DNA of 64,000 nucleotides, taken from the IMG/VR virus record IMGVR_UViG_2061766007_000442. The stretch is one strand, 5' to 3'. Shown here piece after piece: positions 54,032-64,000 of the stretch. Source of the DNA: an uncultured virus (IMG/VR IMGVR_UViG_2061766007_000442) (taxonomy: Duplodnaviria > Heunggongvirae > Uroviricota > Caudoviricetes). Under the pieces are notes generated by a model that did not search any database, had not been told where the DNA came from, and saw only the letters and a list, made by a program, of their open reading frames with translations. Every line of letters begins with the position of its first letter. Positions within the stretch are counted from its first letter, which is position 1. The translations under genes and the position numbers were made by a program.

Positions 54032-55105
54032 ATGTCTTACTCAAAAGAACTTGTGAAAGATAATCTTGAGTTAGAAGATATTTATTCTCTCCTAGATTAT
54101 TTTCACGCTGAACCAGAAATGTATAGTAACTATATTGTTGCAAGAACTGTGTGTCATGGTGGAGATTCACATAAGTTATATTATTATGAAAACACTCAAT
54201 TGTTTAAGTGTTATACAGGTTCTTGCGGCACTTTTGATATATTTGAATTAGTTGAAAAAATACAAAATATTAATGATTTAAATAAAGCAATTTATTTTGT
54301 TGTTAATTTTTTCAATCTTCAAAGTCAAATTGATGAAACAGATGACGATTTTTCAATTGAAGATTGGAAAATCTTTAGTCGCTATGAAAAAATTAATGAT
54401 ATAGAGATTGATAATGAAAAAATAGAATTGCCATTATATGATGAATTAATGTTACGATTCTTCCCGCAACCTTTAATTATTCCTTGGGTAAAGGAAGGAA
54501 TAAAGAAAGAAGTTTGTGATTATATGGGAATTAGATATAATCCTGAAAATGGAGTTATATTAATCCCGCACAAAGATGAAAACGGAAGATTGGTTGGTAT
54601 AAGACAACGCACACTTGTCCAAGAGGATGAAAAATATGGTAAATATCGTCCTACGAAATTGCAAAACAAACTTTGTAATCATCCATTGGCGTTTAATCTG
54701 TACGGATTAGATAAAGCAAAAGATAATATAAAAAATATGGGTGCGGCGCTTGTTGTGGAATCTGAAAAGTCTGTCTTGCAATTTATGAGTTATTTTGGTA
54801 CAGCCGCGAATATTTGCGTTGCGGTGTGCGGCAGTTCGTTATCAAAATATCAATTTCAACTACTGTTGGATATAGGTGTAAGAGAAATTATTATAGGTTT
54901 TGATAAAGACTTTGACGAAATAGGAACAGAAGAGTATAATAAAGTTATAGATAAATTACAAAAGATTTATGATAAATATAGTCCTTATGTTAATATTAGT
55001 TTTTTGTTCGACCAAGAAAATAATCAATTAGGATATAAGGATTCTCCGCTTGACTGTGGCAAAGATAAATTCTTATATTTGTTTAGAAATAGGATAGTGT
55101 TATAG
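54032..55105 (+). CDS. dnaG: DnaG-like primase
   Basis: CH..C..C Zn finger, IPH.D..GRLVGIR.R, VESEK, FDKD Toprim motif. Confidence 0.85.
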   Translation: MSYSKELVKDNLELEDIYSLLDYFHAEPEMYSNYIVARTVCHGGDSHKLYYYENTQLFKCYTGSCGTFDIFELVEKIQNINDLNKAIYFVVNFFNLQSQIDETDDDFSIEDWKIFSRYEKINDIEIDNEKIELPLYDELMLRFFPQPLIIPWVKEGIKKEVCDYMGIRYNPENGVILIPHKDENGRLVGIRQRTLVQEDEKYGKYRPTKLQNKLCNHPLAFNLYGLDKAKDNIKNMGAALVVESEKSVLQFMSYFGTAANICVAVCGSSLSKYQFQLLLDIGVREIIIGFDKDFDEIGTEEYNKVIDKLQKIYDKYSPYVNISFLFDQENNQLGYKDSPLDCGKDKFLYLFRNRIVL

Positions 55106-56883
55106 TGATTTACAAACTTTTTAATGAACCAAAATATTCCGGCCTTACGCAAATTTTAATTAATCGTGGGCTATTATATGATGAATTAGATACTTGGATG
55201 TACGCAGATGGACGGCAAATATATGACGAAGATTTATTTGGGCGAGAAATGGTTGATAAACTCGTTCAAAGAGTAATTCAAGCATATAAAAATAAAGATA
55301 ATATTACTGTTATTGTAGATAGTGATGCCGATGGTTTTACTTCTGCCGCGATTTTTATTAATTACCTATACGCTCAATGGCCCGAATATGCAAGTACACA
55401 TATAGATTATATTCTCCATACGGGCAAACAACATGGCTTGGCAGATTGCTATGAAGATATTTTAAAAGACCATTGGACTAATTTGGTTGTTATTCCTGAC
55501 GCTGGTACAAATGATGTTGAAGAAATGCAAGCTCTTTTAGATAATGGTATAGATGTTATTTGCATGGATCACCATCATTCTGACGTTTGGAATAAAAATG
55601 CAATTATAATCAATAATCAGATTTGCGACTATCCCAATAAGAGTTTAAGTGGCGCAGGTGTAACTTGGCATATGTGTCGTGCAATAGATTCTTATCTCTC
55701 TAATGGAGGAAGATATTTTGAAGTTAAATGTCATTCTGTTGATCTATTAGATTTAGCTGCTCTTGGAAACCTATCTGATATGATGGATTATCGTTCATTA
55801 GAAACTAGAGCTATTATTAATTTAGGTTTAAAAAATATTAAGAACCCATTTTTCTATTATATGTGTGAGAAAAATAAATTTAGCATTGATAAAATGGGCG
55901 GCATTAATTATATGTCAATTGCATTTTATGTTACACCTTTTATTAATGCAATTGTTCGTTCTGGCACGCCAGATGAAAAAGATATGATTTTTAAATCATT
56001 TTTACAAATGTATGCCTTTGAAGAAATTCCTAGCGGTAAACGTGGTCATAAGGGAGAGTTAGTTCCTAGAGTAGAAGAAGCAGTAAGGATAGCTACAAAT
56101 GTCAAAGCAAGACAAACAAAACTTCAAGACACTACAATGGCTTTACTCGAACAAAAGATTAATCAAAATAATTTGTTGGACAATGCTATTCTTATTTTAC
56201 AATGCGAACCCGGAGAAGTAGAAAAGAATCTCGCAGGACTTGTAGCAAACAAAATTCAGGCTAAATATCAGCGTCCTTGTTTAGTTTTAATTAAAACAAA
56301 AACTAAAGATGATAATGAGATATTTTATCGTGGTAGCGCCCGCAATTATAATATGTCTGAAATTCAAGATATGCGGCAGTTATGTGAAGATACTGGATTA
56401 GTAGAATATGCACAAGGACATGAATCTGCTTTTGGTATTTCAATTCCAGAATCAAAATTTGAGGAGTTTATAGAAAACACAAATGAAAAGTATAAAAATG
56501 TTCCTAATAGTCCCATTTATTGGGTGGATTTTATTTGGACTTTGAATAGCATGGACAAGAACACAATATTAACAATAGCAGACTCAAAAGATTATTGAGG
56601 ACAAGAAATTAGTGAACCTTACGTTTGTATTGAAAACTTAGACATGAACCAGGTCCAGATTCAAGGATTGTCAATGGATAAACATCCTACCATTAAAATT
56701 CATTTGAATAATGGAGTAGATATTATGAAGTTTAAATCTTCACAAGAAGAATTAGAAGAATTTGAACAGAAAAATAAAATTTTAACAGCTATTTGTCGTT
56801 GCAATAAAAATGAATGGATGGGTAATGTAACGCCGCAGCTAATCATTGAAGATTATATACTTAGAGAGGAATGGGTTTTTTAA
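55105..56883 (+). CDS. recJ: RecJ-like DHH exonuclease (TGA=Trp at 56596)
   Basis: DSDADG, DHH, GSAR, GHESAFG; continues Y[W]GQ..SEP. Confidence 0.9.
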
Positions 56884-57122
56884 TGGATTATGATGAAATG
56901 TATCAGCCTTTAATTGATTTTATTGCTGAAAAAAACGCCAGCGTTCTTTTTCTACAAGGAGAAGCGGACGAATCTAATCAAGTTATGTTTTATCTTCCCA
57001 GAAAGGTAGAAGGAGATAAGGATACTCAAACTCTATATGTAGAATTTGATTTACCCAATGCTATGATTGATAAAGTAATTGAAAATCAACAAAAACTGCA
57101 TGAACTCTGTGCTTCTTTCTAA
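56883..57122 (+). CDS. hypothetical protein
   Basis: coupled ORF. Confidence 0.5.
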   Translation: MDYDEMYQPLIDFIAEKNASVLFLQGEADESNQVMFYLPRKVEGDKDTQTLYVEFDLPNAMIDKVIENQQKLHELCASF

Positions 57123-57124
57123 TT

Positions 57125-57829
57125 ATGAAGTTAGAACTATATAATATAGAATCGTCTTTAGAGTTTATTAATCAATTAATAAGTGAAAATGAAAAATGTG
57201 TTATTATTTCTGACCCACCTTATAATGTAAAGTATCATTATAAAGATTATCATGATAATAAACCATTAGCACAATATGTCCAAGAGACTAGTGAAATATT
57301 GATTCGAGACGATATTCCATGCGTGGTATTAGCATATCCTGAAATTGTATATCAATTTTCTATATATAGACAAAAAACTCCTACAAAAATTTGTACGTGG
57401 GTATATAATGCCAATACTGCGCATCAACATAGAAATATAGCATATTATAATATTAAACCAAATTTCAATTTAGTGCGGCAGCCTTATAAAAATCCTAACG
57501 ATGCCCGCATCAAAAAATTAATAGCAGAGGGTAGTAAAGGTGCAAAACTTTATGATTGGTGAGAATTCCAACAAGTTAAAAATGTTTCTGCAGAAAAAAC
57601 TGCACATCCATGTCAAATACCTGAAAAGGTTATGCGAAATGTATGTGGAATCATACCCGACACAGGATGAACTGTAATTGACCCATTCTGCGGCGCAGGT
57701 TCAACAGCGATAGGATGCTTAAAAGCTAATGAAGATAGAGAAGAAGAAGTTTTTGTTAAATTTATCGGTATAGATATTACACAAGAATATTTAGATATTA
57801 CAACAGATAGAGTTCAAAAGTATAATTAA
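57125..57829 (+). CDS. beta-class N6-A/N4-C DNA methyltransferase (2 TGA=Trp)
   Basis: SDPPY; after the TGA come HPCQIP and IDPFCGAGST (motif I). Confidence 0.85.
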
Positions 57830-57908
57830 GGGCTGTCGATTGACAGCTCTATTTTTTTATGCTATAATATTAGTATAAATGGAAAAATAGGTTTGAAAGA
57901 AGATTAAC

Positions 57909-60900
57909 TTGGCTAGATTTGAGTGTCACGCGCATACACATTTTAGCAATATTAGACTTTTAGATTCCATCAACTTTCCAGAAAAGTTGATTGATAAAGC
58001 TATTGAATTAAATCTTGCAGGTGTCGTCATTACAGATCATGAAAGTCTTGGCGGTCATGTTGTTGTAGATAAGTATAGACAACAAATTATGGAAGAGCAT
58101 CCTGATTTTAAGGTTGCACTTGGTAATGAGATATATCTTGTTGATGACAGAGAGACTGGTCAAAAGTATTATCACTTTATTTTGATTGCAAAAAATGCAA
58201 CTGGTCATAAAATGTTAAGAGAATTATCTTCAACAGCGTGGATTAATAGTTATTATGATAGAGGTCTTGAAAGAGTACCGACTCTTAAGTCTGAACTTGC
58301 GGGTATAGTGAGAAAATATGGAAAAGGTAATTTGATTGCATCTTCCGCATGTCTTGGTTCAGAATTGGATTATTGTATCCTGGAAATGCACACCGCAGAA
58401 CATCTTGGAAATATAGATGGTAAGCGCAAATATTATAATCAGATTTTAGATTTTGTATCTTGGTGCAAAGATATATTTGACGATGATTATTATTTTGAAG
58501 TGCAGCCAGCAAAAAGCAGAGAGCAAATGGTAGTCAACAGCCGCATGAAAGCTCTCGCAGAATATTTTAATGTTAAGATTATTGTAACAACAGATGCTCA
58601 TTATCTTTCAAAAGAAGATAGAGAAGTTCATAAAGCATATTTGAATTCTAAAAATGGCGAACGAGAAGTTGATGCTTTTTATGAGTATGCTTATCTTCAG
58701 TCTACAGAAGATGTAATTGAAAATCTTAAAGGCACTGGATTAGATTATTATGAACTTGAAGCAAACACTTTAGAAATATATAATAAAATTGAAAATTATA
58801 GTCTTGCGCACAAACAGCAGGTGCCGCAAGTCGAAGTTAAAAATTATCCTAAGATTGTATCGTCTCTTGGATATGAAACTTTAGATTATTTGTATCAAAG
58901 TGATGAAATTCAGGAACGATATTGGGTTAATTATTGTATTAATAAACTCAAAGAATTAGGTTTATATAATGATGTTTATCTTCAGCGTCTTGAAGAAGAA
59001 GCAGATATTCAAAAGACAATTGGAGATAAATTAGGTACTTGTATGTTTAGTTATCCTGTATTCCTTCAGCATTATATTAATTTGTTTTGGGAGTGCGGCA
59101 GTACAGTTGGCGCAGGTCGAGGTTCTGCGTGTGCAGGATTGAATCATTATCTTTTGGGTATTACGCAGCTTGACCCGATTAAATATGAACTTCCATATTG
59201 GCGTTTCTTGAATAAAGATCGTGTAGAGCTTCCTGATATTGATATTGATATTTGTCCGTCAAAGCGCGAAGAAATTTTTAGCAAGATTCGTGAAGAGCGT
59301 GGAGCACTTGGATGTGTACAGGTATGCACATATGGAACAGAATCAACTAGGTCAGCAATTGCAACCGCGTGTCGAGGATATAGAAGTAAAGATTTTCCAA
59401 ATGGAATTGATAATGATGTTGCGCAGTATATGACCAGTTTAGCTCCAAGTGAGCGTGGTTTTGTGTGGCCGATACATGATTTGGTATATGGTAATAATGA
59501 AACTGACCGCAAGCCAGTCAAAAATTTTGTTAACGAAGTAAACAAGTATCCAGGATTGTTGGACATTATTGAAAACATTGAAGGATTGATTAACCATCGA
59601 GGTATTCATGCATCTGGTGTAAACTTTTATGATAAAGACCCATATACAACTGCATGTTTTATGAAAGCAACAAGTGGAGCAATTGTAACTCAATATTCAC
59701 TTCATGATGCGGAATATGTAGGTGATGTAAAATATGATTTCTTGGTAACAGAAATTCAGGATGTAATTGTTCAATGTATTAGTATGTTGCAAGAGTATGG
59801 AGAAATTGAACCAGAATTAAGTTTGCATGAAGTATATAATAAGTATATTCATCCTGATGTTCTTCCAATAGAAGATGANNNNNNNNNNCGCAGAATATGT
59901 GGGTGATGTAAAGTATGATTTCTTGGTAACAGAAATTCAGGATGTAATTGTTCAATGTATTAGTATGCTGCAAGAGTATGGAGAAATTGAACCAGAATTA
60001 AGTTTGCACGAAGTATATAATAAGTATATTCATCCTGATGTTCTTCCAATAGAAGATGATAAGATGTGGGATGAACTCGCCGCAGGTAATGTATTGAAGT
60101 TGTTCCAGTTTGATTCACAAGTTGGAAGTCAAACTGTAAAAATGTTGCGGCCGCGCACGCCGAAGGAAATGGCAAACAGTAATAGTTGTATGCGGCTGAT
60201 GGCAACAGAGAAGGGTGGAGAGACACCAACAGAACGATATAAAAGAATGATGAATAATATGCATCTTTGGTATGAAGAATTAAAAAGATGGCATATTAGT
60301 CAGTATGAAACAGAAGTGTTAGAGAAGTATTATCTTCCCACTTATGCGACGCCCGCACAGCAGGAAGATATGATGATGATTTTGATGGATAAAGATATTT
60401 GCGGGTTTACATTAAAAGAAGCTAATGATGCACGAAAGATTTGTGCGAAGAAGCAAATGAATCGTATTGAAGAATTGCATCAAAAAGTTTTAAAGCAAGC
60501 GACTTCTCCGAATATCGGCCCTTATATTTGGGAAACCGCGATTAAGCCGCAGATGGGTTATTCATTTAGTTTAATTCATAGTTTGGCATATAGTTTTGTT
60601 GGTTTGCAAACAATTTATCTTGCTACTTATTTTAATCCTGTCTATTGGAATACTGCATGTTTAAGGGTAGATAGTGGACTTGAAGAAGAAGCAAGTACGA
60701 ACTATGGTAAAATTGCCAAAGCGGTAGGTAATATTATTAATCGTGGTATTGATATGTCATTGATTGATATTAATAAGTCTGGTTATATGTTTGAACCAGA
60801 TGTAGTTAGTGATAGTATTATTTATGGAATGAAAGCATTAAACGGTGTAGGTGGCGAGATTATTCAACAAATTATTGCAGGTCGTCCATACGCAAGTTTA

Positions 60901-61902
60901 CAAGACTTTCAAAATAAGGTAAAATGTAATAAGACGGTTATGGTTTCTTTGATTAAGAGCGGAGCATTTGATTCATTCGGTCAAAGAGAAGATATTATGC
61001 GGCAGTATATATGGAGTGTTTGTGAACCAAAGAAAAGAATTACACTTCAAAATTTTAATGGTTTAATGGAGAGAGGTTTGATTCCAGAATCATTAGACTT
61101 TCAAAAGAGATTGTTTGTATTTAATAAAGCATTAAAAGCAAATTGTAAGATAGATAAATATTTTAAGTTGCCAGACAATTATTATGAATTTTATGAAGAA
61201 TTCTTTGATGTTGATTCGGTAAGTATATTTGATGGATTTTTGGTAATAGAACAGACTGTGTGGAAGAAACAGTATGATAAAGGTATGGATGCCGCCCGCA
61301 CATATTTTAAACAACATCAGGATGAATTATTGAATAAACTTAATGATAGTTTATTCCAAGAAATGTGGGATAAATATGCAACTGGTAGTTTGTCAGATTG
61401 GGAAATGGATTCATTAGGATTTTATTATCACGACCATCCATTGAAAAATATTGATAAAGCTATGTATAATATTAGTGAATATAATTATTTATCCGAAGTG
61501 CCAGCGGTTGACTATAAATTTAAGCGTAATGGTATTGATATTCCGATTTTTAAAACTTTAAGAATTGTAGGAACAGTTATTGCAAAAGATGATAATAAGT
61601 CTAATATTAGTATTCTTACAAATGAAAGTGGAGTAGTAACTGTTAAATTTAGTCGTGATTATTATGCAAAGTATAATCGCCGCATCAGTGAAGTACAGAT
61701 AGATGGAACAAAAAAAGTTAAAGAACAGGGATGGTTTACTCGTGGAACTAAAGTTATGTTAAATGGTTTTAGACGAGGAAATATGTTCTTTACAAAAGCA
61801 TATAAGAAAACTAATAGTCATCAATTATATAAGATTACTCAAATTAATGATGACGGTACAATTGAATTTACAAATAAACGCTATGGAGAGGAAGATGAAT
61901 AA
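57909..61902 (+). CDS. dnaE: DNA polymerase III alpha subunit (duplicated segment at the 59879 gap)
   Basis: PHP domain (HAHT, TDHE, TTDAHY), GRGSA, PDIDID, HASG, GYSFS..HS.AY. Confidence 0.95.
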
Positions 61903-62512
61903 ACCAATATTAATAGCTATATGCGGCAAGTCCGCCGCAGGTAAGGATAGTCTTGCTAAAGAATTAACAAGAGTATTACTTTACCATAATATTCGTTGTA
62001 AGCGATTGATAAGTGATACAACACGTCCTCGACGTATTAATGAAGTGCAAGATATAGATTATCATTTTATTACAGAATATGAATTTAAACATAACATTGC
62101 TTTAGAGCGATATATTGAGTTTAGTTATTTTCATCGTTGGTATTATGGTATTAATAAATTTCAGATTCATCCTGACGTTATTAATGTTGGAGTATTTAAT
62201 CCAATAGGTATTAGACAATTAGATGAACTACAAAATCTATACAATATTATAGTTGTATATATTGATATGGATTTTAAAGAAAGGATGCGGCGGTCGATAG
62301 CGAGAGAAAATAAATTTAGAATTGAATTTTTAAGACGAGCATTTGCCGACCATCAAGATTTTAATAATATTGAATCTTATATTCAAGATAGTTTTAGACA
62401 TAATATTATCTTTAAAAATAGAAAAAATATAGTATTAATGGCTTACTCGATTTATTTTGATATTAGAAATAAACTTGATATAACTAGTGTGAGCATGGGC
62501 AAAAAAGTATAA
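61895..62512 (+). CDS. gmk: guanylate kinase-like
   Basis: GKSAAGKD, TTRPRR.NE....DYHF, WYYG. Confidence 0.8.
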   Translation: MNKPILIAICGKSAAGKDSLAKELTRVLLYHNIRCKRLISDTTRPRRINEVQDIDYHFITEYEFKHNIALERYIEFSYFHRWYYGINKFQIHPDVINVGVFNPIGIRQLDELQNLYNIIVVYIDMDFKERMRRSIARENKFRIEFLRRAFADHQDFNNIESYIQDSFRHNIIFKNRKNIVLMAYSIYFDIRNKLDITSVSMGKKV

Positions 62513-62552
62513 TCTGTATTTTGTGGTTTTTAAATATTATGTTATACAAAAA

Positions 62553-62568
62553 ATACAAAATATAGTGG
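62553..62568 (+). promoter_or_regulatory. NrdR-box-like operator upstream of nrdD
   Basis: ATACAAAATATAGTGG immediately before the nrdD RBS. Confidence 0.5.
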
Positions 62569-62575
62569 GGTGATT

Positions 62576-64000
62576 ATGAGAATTAAAGTTATTAAGCGAG
62601 ACGGTACAAAAGTTAAATATAATCCTGAAAAAATCGCTATCGCTATATCTGGAGCTTTTCAAGATTTAGGTAAAGAATTTGACGATGTGGTTGTTTTAGA
62701 AGATATTGAAGCTGCTATTAAAAATCTACATCAAAAAAATATTGATATAGAGAAAATTCAAGATATTGTAGAAGATGCATTAATTGATAATGGATATATT
62801 GAAGAGGCTAAGGCTTACATTCGATATAGACACGAGCGTGAACTAATTAGAAAAAAGAAATTAGAACTTAGTGTTACTGAAAAACTACTAGCCTCTAATG
62901 TTCAAAATCAAAATGCTAATGTAGATGAATATTCCTTTGGCGGCCGCAAAGGCGAAGTAGATAATGTTATTATGAAACAATATGCATTAGAACATATTGT
63001 TTCTAAGATGGCTAGAGAGAATCATCTGAATAATGAAATTTATATTCACGATTTAGATTCTTATGCAGTAGGTATGCACAATTGTCTATCTATTCCTTTT
63101 GATGATTTGCTTGCTAATGGTTTTAATACAAGACAAACTGATGTGCGGCCTGCTAATAGTATTAATACAGCTATGCAGCTTGTTGCAGTTATCTTTCAGT
63201 TACAATCTCTACAACAATTTGGTGGAGTTGCCGCGACGCACATTGATTGGACAATGGTGCCTTATGTGCGGAAGTCCTTCTACAAACATTTCTTAGACGG
63301 ATTAAAATATTGCGAAGCTGGTATCTCTGCCAATGTAAATAATGAAATGTCAGTTATGGATGAAAATTATAAAATGCATCCGGCTGCTTATAAATATGCA
63401 ATTGATATGACAGAGAAAGAAACATATCAAGCAGTAGAAGGTATGTATCATAATTTAAATACTTTACAAAGTAGAAGTGGTAATCAACTACCTTTTACTT
63501 CTATTAATTATGGTACATGCACAAGTCCAGAAGGACGTTTAGTAACTAAGGCTTTGCTTGATGTAAGTATTAAAGGTCTTGGTAAGTTACATAAAACAAG
63601 CATCTTCCCGTGTGGAATCTTTCAGTGTATGGAAGGTGTCAACCGCAAACCTGGTGACCCAAATTATGATTTATTTAGACTAGCCCTTAAATCAACAGCA
63701 CAAAGACTATATCCAAATTATGCTAATGTTGATTGGTCTGGTAATGCTGGGTATGATATTAATGACCCCCGCACATATTTTAGTACAATGGGTTGCCGCA
63801 CAGCTAACGGTTGGGATATTAATGGTTTTGGACAATTAAAGGATGGCCGTGGGAATATCTGTCCTGTTACTATTATTCTTCCTACTTTGGCTATGGAAGC
63901 TAAAGGGAATGTTGATACGTTTTTTGACCTATTGGATATTAAAATTCAAGAAGCGAAAGACATGCTTATAGAAAGATTTGAATGGATTTGTAGTCAAGAC
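62576..64000 (+). CDS. nrdD: anaerobic ribonucleoside-triphosphate reductase (runs off the window)
   Basis: ATP cone (VIKRDG), IYIHDLD, HNC, QFGG, QLPFTSINYG, YPNY, TMGCRT, GRGN. Confidence 0.95.
   Translation, partial: MRIKVIKRDGTKVKYNPEKIAIAISGAFQDLGKEFDDVVVLEDIEAAIKNLHQKNIDIEKIQDIVEDALIDNGYIEEAKAYIRYRHERELIRKKKLELSVTEKLLASNVQNQNANVDEYSFGGRKGEVDNVIMKQYALEHIVSKMARENHLNNEIYIHDLDSYAVGMHNCLSIPFDDLLANGFNTRQTDVRPANSINTAMQLVAVIFQLQSLQQFGGVAATHIDWTMVPYVRKSFYKHFLDGLKYCEAGISANVNNEMSVMDENYKMHPAAYKYAIDMTEKETYQAVEGMYHNLNTLQSRSGNQLPFTSINYGTCTSPEGRLVTKALLDVSIKGLGKLHKTSIFPCGIFQCMEGVNRKPGDPNYDLFRLALKSTAQRLYPNYANVDWSGNAGYDINDPRTYFSTMGCRTANGWDINGFGQLKDGRGNICPVTIILPTLAMEAKGNVDTFFDLLDIKIQEAKDMLIERFEWICSQD

Noticed and set aside
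17115..57829. Pseudogenes or selenoproteins at in-frame TGA codons
   Set aside because: TGAs align with Trp rather than Cys, frames stay intact, and no tRNA with a UCA anticodon is seen
1040..59950. Many apparent tandem duplications of gene segments
   Set aside because: Copies flank 10-N scaffold gaps and differ mostly by silent SNPs; they are co-assembled strain alleles, not real repeats or DGR template/variable pairs (no reverse transcriptase seen)
223..62512. TAG recoding (code 15)
   Set aside because: TAG terminates well-defined genes (gyrB, dnaB, dnaG, tmRNA tag)

Overview
A 64 kb part of a large, AT-rich tailed-phage genome from a scaffold with strain heterogeneity: many 10-N gaps are flanked by near-identical duplicated alleles. 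(i) 1-7.7 kb holds + strand early-type cassettes (promoter, short gene, terminator). Between them lie long non-coding tracts packed with apparent host-protein binding sites: XerCD dif-like 28-mers, LexA boxes, a NrdR box pair, DnaA boxes and a GTTAR-N6-CTAAC palindrome. (ii) 7.9-37.6 kb holds - strand accessory genes, an iteron array beside a Rep-like gene, about 20 tRNA genes (including an 8/4 allo-tRNA-like gene and a V-arm tRNA-Ile(UAU)), a tmRNA, a ~1.2 kb GOLLD-like RNA, a circularly permuted tRNA-mimic (YrlA-type Y RNA) and a Ro60/TROVE gene. (iii) 37.7-64 kb is a + strand replication and nucleotide-metabolism block: gyrB/gyrA-like topoisomerase, ligase, ThyX-like, SSB-like, AAA ATPase, DnaB, DnaG, RecJ, DNA methylase, DnaE, guanylate kinase and NrdD. 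The phage reads TGA as Trp (genetic code 4): in-frame TGAs fall at conserved Trp positions in at least ten genes, and the intact genes I checked end in TAA/TAG. All family calls come from motif recognition by eye; no database searches were run.
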